Below, one piece after another: positions 1-14,779 of a DNA stretch of 64,000 bases; position 1 is the first letter of the stretch; each line of letters opens with the position of its first letter. The notes beneath the pieces were generated by a model. That model did not search any database. It had not been told where the DNA came from and saw nothing but the letters and a program-made list of their open reading frames with translations. Source of the DNA: Trichoplax adhaerens (Eukaryota; Animalia; Placozoa); the NCBI RefSeq assembly GCF_000150275.1, contig NW_002060947.1:1295199-1359198 (forward strand), read 5' to 3'. The position numbers and the translations under genes were made by a program.

Positions 1-291
1 TTATTTGATCTATATGATACAATTTCCTCTATGATATGATGACAACATAAAATGATCGACTGATAGACAATTTCCGGTTATACGAAATATGTACAACGAA
101 AAAAAAGCACTCCGTACTCATGCTTTGCTCTAATAAAATTAGTAGCAAAATACATAGTGTCTATAAAATTATAGAGCTAGATTCAACCTGTTAAGGATTG
201 ATAATTATCAATCGTGAAATAATACATATAAAATTTTTTTAACCGAGCCTCTCTCAGGTCTAATGGCAACGTCATTTAGAGCGTAACTTAC

Positions 292-459
292 TTGCATTTT
301 GAATGCTTGTCAATTGGCTCATATCGACATCAGCCATAGTCGTAGTAATATTAATGTTATAAAGAGATTGAAGCTGGGAGCTAAAATGTTCCACAGCATA
401 TTCAAAAGCTACTTGCTCTTGCGTAATATGAGGTGGGGAAGAGCTTAGTGTTATTCCTC
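292..459 (-). CDS. Internal coding exon of an ionotropic glutamate receptor (AMPA/kainate/delta-like) amino-terminal domain; gene continues off the left edge, first exon not located
   Basis: 168-nt exon with acceptor ttaattcAG| and donor |GTAAGT, phase 1/1, open frame (G)GITLSSSPPHITQEQVAFEYAVEHFSSQLQSLYNINITTTMADVDMSQLTSIQNA. Resembles the GGI...E..AF.FAV...A|C start of the iGluR ATD, which in vertebrate GRIK genes is also a phase 1/1 second exon. Another ANF/LIVBP-fold receptor cannot be excluded. Confidence 0.7.
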
Positions 460-2551
460 CTGAATTAACAAAGTATCAGCAGTCAAAATTCGATATCGAT
501 TAAAAGTTACTGAATTACTTAATTTAAATATGGTTCATATTCGTTATAAGGTTTGACTAAAAACATTTCATTTATACATATTGTATCTTCTAATGGTTAT
601 GAGAAGTTTAAGAATAAGCCAGACAAAACGAAACTTTAAATTAAAATCTCTGATCTATGTTGTTAAATCTATGATATTTAGATATTACAAATAAATATAT
701 AATTGATCCCGAGATGATTATCAAAGCTGCGTTTAGACTGCTTAAAAAAATATTGACCGACATTATCTGTCATTCTCACCAAATACAATTTCTTGATTTG
801 ATGCCTTACACGTTGCAATCCATATTACAAAGGCATACAGTCCTATAATTTCCATTTTTTTCATTAAATAAGAATAAAATGATTAAAATTTTGATTTCTT
901 TGTGAAATTTGGCTTCTTAATGTTGATAATCTTATCTGGCTTCCTGATATGTAATGCATATGGTTCCAAGACTAATTCAAATTCGATACAAATGTTATTC
1001 TACCGTGATGATCTAATAATATCAATAAACGTCTGGCATCATAATGGATGCCATTCATATCTCTCCCAATCAGATAACGAATGGGGTAGAGCAAACTAAT
1101 CATATGTATCTATTTAGTACATCAAATACCTAAGAATAAAGATTACGAATAAGCTAGGATAATTATCCTACACGATCATAGCACATCACCGTAAGCCCGC
1201 TTAATGTGTTGCTACAGGAATAAAGTATTTTTATGTGCTGTACCAATAAAATGATTATTTTCAATGTCATTTGGTATTCCTATAGGCACCATAGACAAAA
1301 TATATGCCAATTTTTAATTGACGATGAATTTGTATTGCTAGAACATGATCTAGAATACCGAAATGATGACATTTAGTGCGATTTAAGATAAAAAAGAATG
1401 CTAGCATTAAACTGGCCCCCACCTACTTATACTTTAGCTTGTTTAAAAAAAGCAAAAGTAGATACTAATTCTTAGAAACTTTGGTAATTTATTAATACTT
1501 GTAAAAAATCATGCGAAAGTCTTTGTTTGATTTGTCAGAATCATTGCGGATCAACTAAAGTACCACCAATAGATCTGAATTACTCCTATTTTACCGAAAT
1601 CCGCTTTACATCTGCCGTATGTTAACAGCCTTGTGTCAATACTTAATATTATGTTGACAATTATCTGATTGTCCACCATCGCATGACCACGTTCTTTAAT
1701 CTAATTTCAAAATCAGAACTCATTTTTCATTCCAAATATTACCATATGAAAATGACAAACAATTAGCAAACAGAACAGCCGAGGCTTACTCAATTGGATT
1801 TTTCTAACATATGAAACAAAAAGAATTCTATTTAATTTCCATTAGCTAAGTTATGCAATGCCTAACAATTTTATGAATAATTAATTATTAGGGCCTAGAT
1901 GAAGATTCATTGTAATGAAAAGAGATTTTAAAATAAGCGATAGAAGATTTATTTTACCAGCTAGGAATAGCCCTAACTTGCAACTAGGTTTGGGAGAGTG
2001 TTTTCTAGCATACGCTAGCGTAATTTAGAATATCAATGATTGATATTCCTAGGTAGATAGGATTTAACACAGTGAGATCTCCAAACTTCTAGAAAATCAC
2101 AATATAATTTATTGTCGGCGAAGCCGTCACTTATATAGGCTTCGGTACCTAAAACTAATTTAACTACACGAGTTACCTCGTCTATTAGACATTAATCTAA
2201 TTCATACTCTAAAGAGCCTCTATTTATACGGATTAAACACAGTCTAATCCTATTAGATTTACTGTATCAGTATTAAAATTACTCAATTTCTAATAATAGT
2301 TTAACAATATTTGGCTATCTTACTAAGATATTTTATCTAAACTTAAAGATTGTACTTTCAACCTCGACATCCTTCGAGGCGATAGACACTATCTAGTTAA
2401 ACCAGTTGGAAATTACTATTTTAGTATATTTAATTCTAAATTAAGGATTGCTAAGACATCAAGTGTTAGCCACTAAAGTTACAAATCAAGGAGACCGTAG
2501 ACGTTACTAATATATAAGCAAATACAGAATATAACATAAAAATAATGTACA

Positions 2552-3205
2552 CGTCACGAAGATTACTTTCGTGATAATTCCGTTAATAGTTGAAGGAGTT
2601 AACGGTTACAAGGGTAAATACGGCACATTTTTGAGTGAAATTTAAATTTCTTCAAAATAATGGTGTTACAGTGTTGAATACTGTATTACAGTAGAAATAA
2701 CTATGTTAGGATAATTATGTTAGACTATCCTTATTTAGTTAACTTATAATTTGGATATACTGTATTTTAATATAGCACTGACTTTTTATGACAGTGACAC
2801 TTATACACATACTGAAATTAATAGTTATAATAGGGAATGCAAATCATCTACTTATAATTCGAATCATTGTGATTGTAATTTACTTATGGTAGACTGTAAA
2901 TTATCATGGAAATGTTCCGTGATAGGACATATCGTAATCTGACTATTCTGTATTAGTCATTACATGTCTATGTTCGTAAATACTGTTGTCTGCATTAAGG
3001 GAGCAGTAGCTAAAGTTAATATCTAATTCAGTAAATGATTCCAATGTTAATTGTATTAACTATGACTCATGAACTATTGAGGAGTAGTATATAAATGCAG
3101 CATATCGTGAAATAAAGTGAATTTCTCCAACTTAGTGTTTAACGTAAAATACGAGGCGTTTAAGTCTTTGTGTAGTCTGCTAGTAGAGCAAAAGTGTTCG
3201 TGACA
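2552..3205 (+). mobile_element. Probable solo LTR of an LTR retrotransposon (654 bp)
   Basis: Inverted termini (C)GTCACGAA...TTCGTGACA (TG...CA with one substitution). Flanking 5-mers GTACA (2547-2551) and GTGCA (3206-3210) match 4/5, as expected for a target-site duplication. TATATAAA at 3088-3095 is followed by AATAAA at 3111-3116, about 90 bp before the 3' end. Confidence 0.6.
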
Positions 3206-6200
3206 GTGCAGATATCGTTCCTTGATACGTGGTTCAAGGAATTGACTTATTGATCGTATATTGCGTTATCTTGTTGCAAAGCTGTTTTGTGACAAATGGC
3301 TAGTCCACAAAACGGTTTCGGATATACGAGTATGATGTAGTATTAAAATTTTGCATATTGCCAAATTATTTTTTTCCTTAAATTTTTGTTAGGTTCATGT
3401 TATGCTATTGAAAATCTACTTCCACTATCAATTTAAAATAAAGTAATATTATAGCTAAGAAAACAGTACCATACAAACTATTTTAAACTCTATAGCTGCT
3501 TATCTATATACACTTTCGTCCGATAATAGTAAATTCTTAAGCTAACTTTCCTATTCCTTTAATTACGCTGTCGGGCTTAGATTAGATGCTGAAATATTGA
3601 TTAGATAGCCTAAGACAGCAAACTCCTTCTTTCAATATTGAATTATATGCTAATTATCTTTTAGCATTCCTGTATGATTAACATTTACTTAAGAAACTAG
3701 AGGTAGCTAAACAAAATATAATAGTATCAAGATATCGAATAGCAGGCACACCATAATAAATCCGCCAAGATTTATTATCTCTTAAATCAGATATGTTTGA
3801 AACGATGATAAATGATGCGGTCATAAACTGAATTAGACTGCACACAAGAAACTTATCTAATAATATGTATTAGTATTACATACAAATATTGATTGCTAAA
3901 TATAAAATAACTCTCCTACAAGCTACTATCTATAAGCTTTATTGTTAAATATCCCGTAATTAGCTTAAGTTTCACGCACAAACTGCTAAACTGGTTACTT
4001 TTAATTAATAGCTTGCTGAATTCACAACAGTGCAATATCAATTTATGTCATATTACGCCGACGAAGCCGATCCAGGTTTAGTCTAAAAAATGACGTTCAA
4101 AATTAGTACGCAGCTAAGGATTAATTTATCAGCTTAAGTTAACCTGTCTTAACTACCGTAGCTAAGTTTAGTGTTAAGTACCTGGATTTCCGAATATGAA
4201 ATAGATAAAACTTGTGGAATTTATAAATAGCATCCCTAGATATCGAATTAAAACTAGCCTATAATGGCAGAAAAGAGCCCATATTATTAACGAACAATAT
4301 ATTAAAAGGACAATTAGACATTATTTGATCGATGTTTTATTTTACAATACGGTACATTTTACCTTAAGTAGGATGACATAATGAAGCTTCAGACGACGGT
4401 TCTCGATTTTCTACGTAGCTGTTTATATCCGCTAAAAGGAGCTGACGTTTCATTCTTTACTTATTTTTATACTAAATCACATTTACGATATTTTCAATTA
4501 TTTCTCCTATATTTAATCTTATTTAGATACAGAATTAATTTTTCCATTATTCATTTCTTCTTGCTACACTTAGTATATATGTTGCTGCTAAGTTATACCT
4601 TAATTGTTAATATTAGCGTTACTAGTAGTCACTTACTACCTCATTGCTAATACAGTTACTATAGCACCTTATCTTAACATAAATTGACGAAACATTGTAA
4701 GCCGCAGAGAATAGTGCCCTAAATCATTTCTCAGCCTATTTAAGATTGTAAATGTTTATTGCTGTACATATCTGCATTTGAAACGGAACTGCTCATAATC
4801 GCGATATTGACAATATACATGTTTATTGAAGAAATGATAAGCTCCTTTACGCATGTTAAAATTATCAAGAATTTGTTAGTTTTTTATTTTACTTTTACTT
4901 TATCACTTTCCAACGCTCTGAATAATTCATTATTAATCACTACTTGATTTGTACCACTGCAAAAGGCAATTCAGTAAGTAGTAATATTAGCATTACAAAA
5001 AACATTATATCGTCTCTTCCTTTCTATTTTAATTCATCATTAAAGAAATCGCAAATTTTTTACAGCTAATTGATCTCCATTCCTTGAGTAACGGTGAATT
5101 GAAAGCTAAAAGTAAACTTTGATTAAAATTTTCATTAAAATCATCTGGCTAAAATACATACGATATATTCTATTCATATAGCTGTAATGACATTTAATTG
5201 AAAAAATTAAACGCAATACATCGGAAGGAAAGTAACTTCATTTGCAATTTAGATATTCTGTTTAGTTTACGAGAACTTTAGGTATTTATTCAATTGCATG
5301 TGAACTATCGTACTATGTTTCGTTTACAATATATTTCTTACTTAATAATGATATCTATTTGAAAAATTGAATTAATCTCAACTTCCGCCTAAATTTATAT
5401 TTATAGATTAAAAACGATCTAATAAATATTAAATTATTTCCACCATTCAACTTGTTTACTTAATATCTGATATTTTAGTTTCACTGAGAACAAGGCGAGG
5501 TAATCCTAAATAAAATATTTTACGATATCATACCATACGGCACCAAGTCCCAATGAATGAACCGTAGGAGAAAAAAATCACTTTCAACACCATAATATTT
5601 TTTAAGATAAAAACAGTAGTTTGCCCCTATATATGTATAAATCTAATAATAATTATTATTATCTACATTTGAATTTTAAATAAACCATTTGTAATACTTT
5701 AAAAAATCCTAGTCGTATCAGAAATTTTCAGAACCTTCGGAAAAAATATAGATATACGTTTACATGATAGCAATATCTTATACGCATTTATATTGCGTAT
5801 TAGTTCTTCCTTAATTACTATGCATTTTCTTTCATTACGACGTATTTAGTACTACTTCCTGTGCTTTTAAAACCGACACTTATTAATAATTTACTACAAC
5901 ATTACATATTTTGATTATATTTTCTAGACATTTAAGTTAAATCCATTCTAAAGTTACGCATAAAATATAGCACCTGATAAGAATAAGCCTTGCCGTAGTA
6001 TCTGCGCGGCTAATAGATTTCAGTGATTAATAACAATAAGTAATATTGTATATTATGTTTTTATTTTCTACATAACTCTTTCTATTACAGGAAAATATCC
6101 AATTCAAGCCAACGGATTTGAAAACTTACAGCGCAATCATAATTACTCTGTATTATACAAGCTGTCACGCAATCGTAAACTATTTACTACCTACATAATG

Positions 6201-9200
6201 AATTGAAATAGTAACCCAAGTATGGTAGTAATAAATTTTATTTGTTCAATTAGTTCTTTAGAATAGGAAAAGTAATTATATTAGAAACATATATCTTAAG
6301 TTAAACAGTCTATTCCAATTTATTGCGAGAGTTCTAATATGAAACTAAAATGACTAAAGCACTTTCTATTATTTTTAACCGCCGATTTAGTTTGAAATTG
6401 CTATAAATATAAAATGCTATAACAAACTGATTACTGGATTACGATTCGAATGAAATAAATAATTTTTGATCTCTTTTTGGTATATTAGTACACAGTATAA
6501 AGTAAAAATAAGCTTGCTATAGCAAATATTGTTCTATCCTAAAGTTATGCATCACAATCTGTAATGCAAAATCGTTAGTAAACTGTCTACAGACAAAAAT
6601 GAAAAATTGAAAATATCTATATTTGACCATAAGGTAATAAATAATTTGCAGCGACAAAGATAACATTAATTTATCTTTTTTATAATTGATCTGATGTCGT
6701 TGAAATAATTAAGAACAGTGCCTTTATCATGAAATAAAAAGAATTAGTCAAAAGTAACTTATTGTAGCAAGTCTTTTCAGTCGCAGCAATATAAAAATCT
6801 CTACTCTGATATGATGATGCCTTTTAATTTTATTTACTACTCCAATCTGAACGCAAAATTATTAGTTATATTCTGACATTTTTGAAAAATCTAGAAATTA
6901 GAACCGTCAAATTTAAGATTGTTTAATAGTTGGCATTTTGAATAGCAGCCATTAATCAAGATCCATTTCTGGAAAACATTCAAAATCTGATTGTTGAATA
7001 ATAGGTCTTTATAGTGGAAACTATATCATGATTATTCGTTCTGCTCAATTACTTAACTAGCGCATAAACAGATATATGCCTATCGTGATAATCACGATAA
7101 ATAGATAGAATTGATTGCAGTTCATATTAACTACGATATTTCTAAAGTTAATCAGTACCTTTAGAATGATATGTTTGCTCAATATCAATAAACCGACGAA
7201 AGTTTATGTCGTGATTACTTTCTTGATTGCAAAACAATCTAATTTAATTATATGCTATTTCCATTGACTTGTCATTGTGTCAAATTTATTATTAAACACG
7301 AGAAAATTTAGGCACGAAAAAAGATCTATTTATCCCAATCAAGTATTTTTAATTGATCAACTATCATCTACTATCTATACTAAGATGTACAATATAATAC
7401 TGTTACTTAATCATATTAGGGGAGAATAACGTAATTTAGATTGGAAACTTGATATTTATTAATGCAGTGCATTGCCATGATAAATTACATACGCTATTCA
7501 TTATACAACTGACCAATTTTGCCTTGTTACTAACAATAGTTAATTTAATATCGTATCTACCAATTGGAAATCTTCAATCGAAATGAAGGTATTAAAATTC
7601 AAGCAATCTTTTATTGTAGGTACTATTTTGTTGTATCTTATCTTTATCAACTTATTTCAACAATTAAAGTACTACATTGACCAATTTAATTTTATTTATT
7701 CAAATCTATTAGTTTACGTTTACAGAGGAGGAACGATAGCAGTATAAATTGGACTTCTATTTATCTTTCTTGCAATCAATATTCAATAATTTATTACTCA
7801 TTATCTTATTCTTAATGTCAATAATTTCACCCGCTATACTTTTTTATGTACTGTTTGACTAACATATAAAGTCATCTCCGGATCTTAGAAGAAAAAGACG
7901 TTAACCATATTATCATATCAATCTTGGATTTTATCTCCTATTTCCTATTTAAAGGCAACGATTTTAATTTTATTCAATCCTTTTACTTAACGATCAATAG
8001 TAACTGATAGCATTAGCCGAATCAAATCAAATCAAATTATTAGATGATGGGTTAAAACATATAGATAATCGGATACACTTTTCTCAAAGGTAAAGCGCCA
8101 GTAATAAAATATATATTAAATTTTATCCAATCTTACATAACAATTTTAAATTTTAATCTCTAAATTACTACTGTATCATACTGTATCATTCTTTCATATA
8201 AATAATATATCATTTCTACCTTTCGATGGAATTAGTAGAAAATGCTTGATGGACTATTTTTAATTGAGTCCATTAGGCTTTTGATGATTAGAACCAAAAT
8301 TAGCAGAATAGTTCATTTTCTTTTGGTATTAATTTCATAATTTTAAAGATGATGATATAATCGATTTCTGTAATCATAATGAATAGTCAAGCCATCCAGC
8401 AAATAATAATGACGATCGATAGGCTGTATCTAAATTTTGTTTTATTACAAACTAACATCTTAATAAATCAGCTTTACTATATTTCATTTATAATAAATGA
8501 TTTCCATCCATTTTTTGTTGTATCCTTATTTTTATCACTGTTACAAAACATCATCCGCTAAATCTATTCAATAATAATAAAAAATTTATCTTATTTAGGA
8601 CCTTTACAGTAAGAAAATTTTATAGACTGGCTAATATAATGTACTTATAGTTGAGCGAATATTTCATTTTTATAGCGATATTAAAGATATATTGATTGTG
8701 CACAAGGCATCATGACATTCAAGGTGCAAGCATCTAAAAGGCAATCTTTCGTCAACTAGCGATAACTCCGATCAGAAACGTATGAATAGCCATGATATTG
8801 TATAATTTAATTTTTTTATCCATCATTTAATCTAGCATCTTTATTTTAATTACTCTTTTATCTTGGAAATTATATCAAATTCAGTAGATTTCCTTTGTCG
8901 ATATATCTGATTTATGTAAATATACAGTCAATCAGTTATAATATTTAGATTGAAAATTACTCAAGTTTCATGACGTCATCGCTAGGTTTTATTAACTTTC
9001 AAGGCTGGGAATAAATTGTATCTTTTTAATATGAGTATTTCTCACTATTTTGTATCAAACAACATCTAGTTGACAAAATTGAAATATTTTTATTTTATTC
9101 TCGATGACAAGGCTGACTTTAACTCATTTATTCTTATTCTCTCTTCATTAGCATTGGAATATTATTTGCTAAAAATTAGACTCCTCTTTCTGTCCAATTT

Positions 9201-10184
9201 GGATCTTGGACTCATTAATTGATTCTATTCTATCATTAAGAAAGAAAGAACGACTGTTTTTCTTAAAACAGAAAGAAGACTTACATCTACATAGTAGTAC
9301 TATTAATAGTATTAGCAAATTAAGATCTGGTAGCACTAGCCACAAATCGTTCTATAACCAATAACTGTTAAGATCAAGGATCGATTAGTACAACAGCAAA
9401 AAAGAAAGTACGTAATATTGGAGCATCGCAGGCTTCTTCAAAACTCTTCCATACCCAGGTAAGCCTCTATCTTAATTCTAGAACAATTTTATCCTAATAT
9501 GTATCTTTATTAATATCGCTGTGAACTTAACATTATAGCTTCAGACACTTTACCCCGATCAGTAGGAAGCAACTAATAGGATACAATTTTTGACTCAATT
9601 AAATCAATTTATAAGAAGGGCTTTCTTTGAAATTTTATTTTTTCTACAATTCTGCATATGGGAATGACAAAATGGCCGTAGTATTAGACGATCAGATTAT
9701 TATAAAATCAGATAATTAAAGCCACCATCGGTAATACCCTAATTAATTTAAAAGTCCAAACTGTTAAATCAGATCTCGCTATAGTTCCAGAAATAGACTG
9801 GTAGAAAATAAAATGAAATATTTTCTGTATTGCTGTTTGTAAATTTTCCTGGCCAACTCTTCACTTCTACTTTAGATATATCAACTTAATATCGGACAAA
9901 CTCTTAAATAATTATTATCATGAGTGGAATAAAGTTAAATATAGCATTATGATCAATCCATTAGCTGCTTGTTTTAAACTCCAAACGATTTCATTTCTCC
10001 ATCATCGATCAGTAATGCCATGGATTAATCAACTTAAAGCCAGTATTCATAAAGTAATCCTAGTATTTCTAGCTACCTAAACTGCCTCCTCTTATAATAA
10101 TCATACTTCAGCGATAGCACAGATATGAATACGCTAATAAAGTCTATCGTAAATTGAAATTAGTTCTACCAGTGATATCTTTCC

Positions 10185-10550
10185 AATTCTTAAATCTCCT
10201 GATCGATTGGATCACATCAACATAAAGAATTCATTTTAGTTATTGAGATTAATGTAACTATATGAATAACTTTTTAATTTCTTAAATCTCCTGATCCATA
10301 GATCACATAGGCCTGAAGAACTCACTTGTACCCTAGAGATTAATAAAACTTCACGAATAGCTTTTAATTTTCTGAATCTCATGATCCGTAGATCGAATAA
10401 GCATAAAGAATTTACTTTAGTAGTTTAGGTTAATGAAATTGTACGAATATCTTCTAGATTTTAAATCTTCATTTCCGCTAATCACATAAGCATGCAGAAT
10501 TCGCTTTCATTGCTGAGATTTATAAAACTGAACGAATACTTTCTAATTCT
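10185..10550. repeat. Degenerate tandem repeat, ~90-bp unit, 4 copies
   Basis: Motif TAAATCTCCTGATC...GATCACAT...AAGAAT...GAGATTAAT...CGAATA recurs at about 10191, 10283, 10373 and 10462. Confidence 0.8.
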
Positions 10551-12771
10551 TTCCAATTAAATGTATCCAGCCTGTTTTCTAATATTGATGACATATTAAA
10601 TGGCATCAACTTAATTGGATAAAATTTTAATTTTATGGAAACTATGATACCAACCTAGTATCATATAATATATCAAAATGGATGATTTTGCTGATAATTC
10701 AATCATAGAATGGCATTGTTTTTAAGAATAGACTAGTAAATAAGTTCTAGTCACTTAAATCACCATTAAGATTTAATGGAACCTTCTTACAAATTTTAAA
10801 ATAGAAATGCTACAGAGTTGTTTACAGATTGGAATAAAATGCAATTTTAAATGACTAATGCTCAATATGAATAACCAGTAAACTTTAGCATCTACCGGAA
10901 GATGCTATTTGACAATCTTAGAAAAAATAAATTAATTAAATTTAATGATACAAGTTTCCAATCTATAATCGCCAATAAATGTATTAACTGTTGTGAATAA
11001 TTTAATCTAATAATTAATCTCTCTTGATTGATCATGGATGTTAAAGGAATATTCTCTAATATCAGCCCTACGCTCCGCTAGAGTCGCATGTACTCTTAGG
11101 CTAAATATGCACTAATTCGATGATCATAATTATATAGTAGTTGAGTGAAGAAGATTCAGTTTACGATTAGCAAGATAGATAGTAGATGTTGCTATTGAAC
11201 CAATAGACCTTGAGCTTAGTATAATATCTGCTATTTATTAACAATCTTTTACTCCTTTAGTGAAGATTTTATTTACTAATCTAATCCTATAACCGTCACT
11301 CAGAAAGTTAAGCAAATTTCTTTTTAGCCCATTACAAATCATGATTACAATTAACCCATTCAGCTTGAAACAAATCTTAAACACTTTCCTAAAATTTTTA
11401 TTCATGCTTGTCATTCCCAAACTTAACATTTAACTTAATAACCACAATCTGTGTGTATACCAAATAATTTTATCCTCTCCCATGAGTAACTTAAACATAA
11501 AATTCTTCTTGAAACTTAATCTTGAGTGACAAAGAAATTGCTTGCGTTGCATAGCCTAATGCATTGGATACCATAACATACAGACTGGAATAAAACAGTT
11601 TGCCTCTTGCTCTTGAAGGTCTGCCCTATCAAAATTTAACTGTTGGGTCTACTCATTCGATTTCACGAGATTCTAACTAGTTTTATTTCACTAGTATTCA
11701 TTCAATTGAATTTTGTTTCGTTTGAGTGCTAGCAAATCAATTCTTTTCACTTCAGAGTCACTTAAATTTATAGTTAATCCATTTAAATCATGCCAATTTC
11801 CCTTACTCCCCCTCCTCCAAAAAATAGTATTCCCTGCTCCATCCTGTGACCGTGCAGCATAAACATTTATCTATTTTAACATCACTCAGATTTGAATTAG
11901 TGATTGAATTCAGTGATTGAAATTAAGGCACTGAAAGTTTTAGTATATTTCGATTCAGTTCAATGTCTTCAGTTAAGGGGCCGTAAATTTTGACATGGTA
12001 GGTTAAGGATCAGTGAAATTTTACTAGTCAAATTGTACTGATGATCAATTTTCCTTTGATATCCTACATAGAGTGCTGAATCCAACATAGATTATCAATC
12101 AGTCCATTTCAACTAGTTCAATTCTTCCTATGACATGGAGATTGACGGTTTTCTAAATGTTGAAATACAGTAGGCCATTATGAGTAATCTAATCTTCATG
12201 AATTGCCAATCTATACAATATTATGTTTCTGTAAGTGTATGCTAATCTTATTTCTATTTTGGTTGCTCATTCCATTTTGTAGCCAAATTAATGATTTTTG
12301 ATGCCGGTAAATTACCTATTCCAACACCTCTTCTTGTAGTCTTCTCTTAAGGCAATACTAATGTAATATCATGACATTACACTAAAATGATCTTCTCTCG
12401 GCATTTCTGACCTACCAGCCAGTCGAGTACACACAAACATCATATGGAACTATTCATCTAGAACATTTGAATTGTTTTCAAAAGATTAATAAAACCAAGA
12501 CATTGCAAGGATAGGGACAAACAATATAGAATTACGCATAAATAACAAAAGTGGACACAATATCGAGTTAGAAATACCATAGTATAACTAGAGAGAAGCC
12601 AAACTAATGTAGCACAATAACATGACTATTCTCTAATGGTATTTGTTCGGGGAATTATTTACTTTTAATGAATACAGCAATGTCTAGAAGATTACAACTC
12701 TTACATCTGCGGTTTGCAATCTTGGCGCCAACTGTTTATGGCATTTACTATCTATTAGTATAGTATATAGA

Positions 12772-13315
12772 ATTCCTGAGAGAATCAGAAATTACAATAT
12801 CGACTACCAACACAAATGAGCACAAAAACAAGAATAAAAATGGCGTAGAGTCTGTTGCCGTTACCTAGTGGCTATAGTTCAAATAGGGAGTAGGGAGTAT
12901 AGGTAGAAATGAACGCTACCTTAATAAAGCTATCCATTTCGATAGCTGGCATTTCTGAGAAAAATCACAAGCTACGATATTGACTACAAACACAAATGAA
13001 AGCCCAAATAATAATAAAGATGGTGTAGAATCACTTGCCATTACCTTAAAGAAGACTACAACGTGGTTATGACCTAAGTAGGGAGTATACAGTAGGTAAA
13101 GAATAAACCCTACTTTAAAAAAGCTTCCATTTGGATAACCTACATTTCTGAGAGAATCAGAACTGCAACATCGACTACAAACGCAAATGAGCACCAAAGT
13201 AGAAAGAAAATTAGCGTCTCGCCATTATCTTAAAGAAGGCCATAGAGGTTATGGTTTAAACAGGGAGAATAGGTAAAAATGGACTCTATTTTCAATAAGT
13301 TTCAATTTGAAGAGC
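12772..13315. repeat. Degenerate tandem repeat, ~180-190-bp unit, 3 copies
   Basis: ATTTCTGAGAGAATCAGAA...ATCGACTACAAACACAAATGAGC...TAGGGAGTA recurs at about 12772, 12951 and 13144. Confidence 0.85.
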
Positions 13316-14779
13316 CTGCTATTACCATTGCTTTAAGAAATTGATATTACGCAAAGCTAAAAAGATATCCTGCCTTTTATCATCGCTTCAGAGTAATATA
13401 TTAAGTTACGGTGATATTTGGCCCTTTTAACACCTCTTACTAGTATGAGCCTAAAATATAATCTCCATTTTACACTTAAATTAAATGACTATAACATCTC
13501 GCGACAACAGAGGCCAACTTGAAATTTTCCTTGTGTTTGACAAACTTGTCTAACATTAGCGATCGTTCTCAACAATACTGCATCCGCAATATTAGCGCAT
13601 CCGATTATTATTTTGCATTGTGACAAGCGATGAATGGCTTAGAGGTAAAAATAACAGGCCTATCTATCGTCAATTCGAGTTTAAAGTTTAAATTTAGCAG
13701 GCAAAAATTCAATCTCGATTGTTAATTCAACTTAAAGGAAGTCTTATTATTGCTCAGCCATTATACGGTACTGTCTAAATCTTGAGACTTTCGATTCATT
13801 GCCATGTCAATTATGTCGCTAATGCCGACATTCACAAAATGTTAGAATGAAGGAAATTCTAGAATTCAATGCAATACGAATTATTTACCCGATTACTATT
13901 TCATATGCACAAGAAATGTGATATAAATATATATGAATCGGTATTTCATACAGCAAATCTCAGTTTTTAAAATAAACCCTCTAGTAATTCTGTACTAATT
14001 TCTTGTCGAATTGAATATTTCCTCCGATCGTTCTGTATGTACCTACCCGCAGCCTATCATTTCGTATTTTTCCAATATCTTAAATCACATCTTGTAATTA
14101 TATCTGAAGCTTTCCTTACGATATCCTATTTTCGAATCACTGTACATGAATTACTACTTTTAATAGTTAACAAAATTTATATACTCCGCAGTATTTTCTC
14201 ACCACCGAAAGAGATTCTATCTTCACCTTAACCACTCAATAATTTTATTGTGACAGTAACGAAGTGAAGTTAAAACCAGAATTACGCTCATAACTCATGC
14301 TTCGCCTTTCGTTATAGCGCAGTTAATCGACTTTAGCTATAATGATGTTATTTTTACTCACTACTTCACTGCAATAGGAATATTAACAACAACAGCGGTC
14401 ATCAGTGTTGTCGTTAAGCATAGGTAATTATTGCACATACCGCCTTCACTTTTCTTCTAAACTGTCACTGTTGTTATTGAATTTTACCTTTCAATTACCA
14501 ACGGGAAGCAATTATTTTCTTACTCAACTTTTGTCCTACATTACCCACATTACCTTTCAATGGCAAAAAGTTACTGTAAGTTATCCTAGTTTGCTGTTTT
14601 CATCTTGGCACTAACAATTGATGACCTTTGCGAGGTCACTTATTAATAAGTACAAAATTTATTGGCAATCAAGCAATTTTCCATCACTGCAAACTAAAAC
14701 TAAATTTTACATTTCAACCAAAATTTACGTTGAATATAATATACATTCTCATAAGAGAACGGATGTGGATGAGAACTGA

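Noticed and set aside
257-270. X-box in the glutamate receptor intron (GGTCTAATGGCAAC)
   Set aside because: Only one good half-site, and not in a promoter position.
902-1099. Small secreted peptide ORF with a signal-like N-terminus
   Set aside because: GTG start, no splice or homology support, and hydrophobic runs are common in AT-rich ORFs.
1595-1679. Candidate first exon of the glutamate receptor (minus strand, MVDNQIIVNIILSIDTRLLTYGRCKADF, phase 1)
   Set aside because: Phase fits, but the signal peptide is poor and the donor is weak; not supportable without cDNA.
10185-10550. Decayed coding repeat (30-aa period)
   Set aside because: Unit lengths vary (89-92 bp), the frames I checked contain stops, and no repeat-protein motif is visible.
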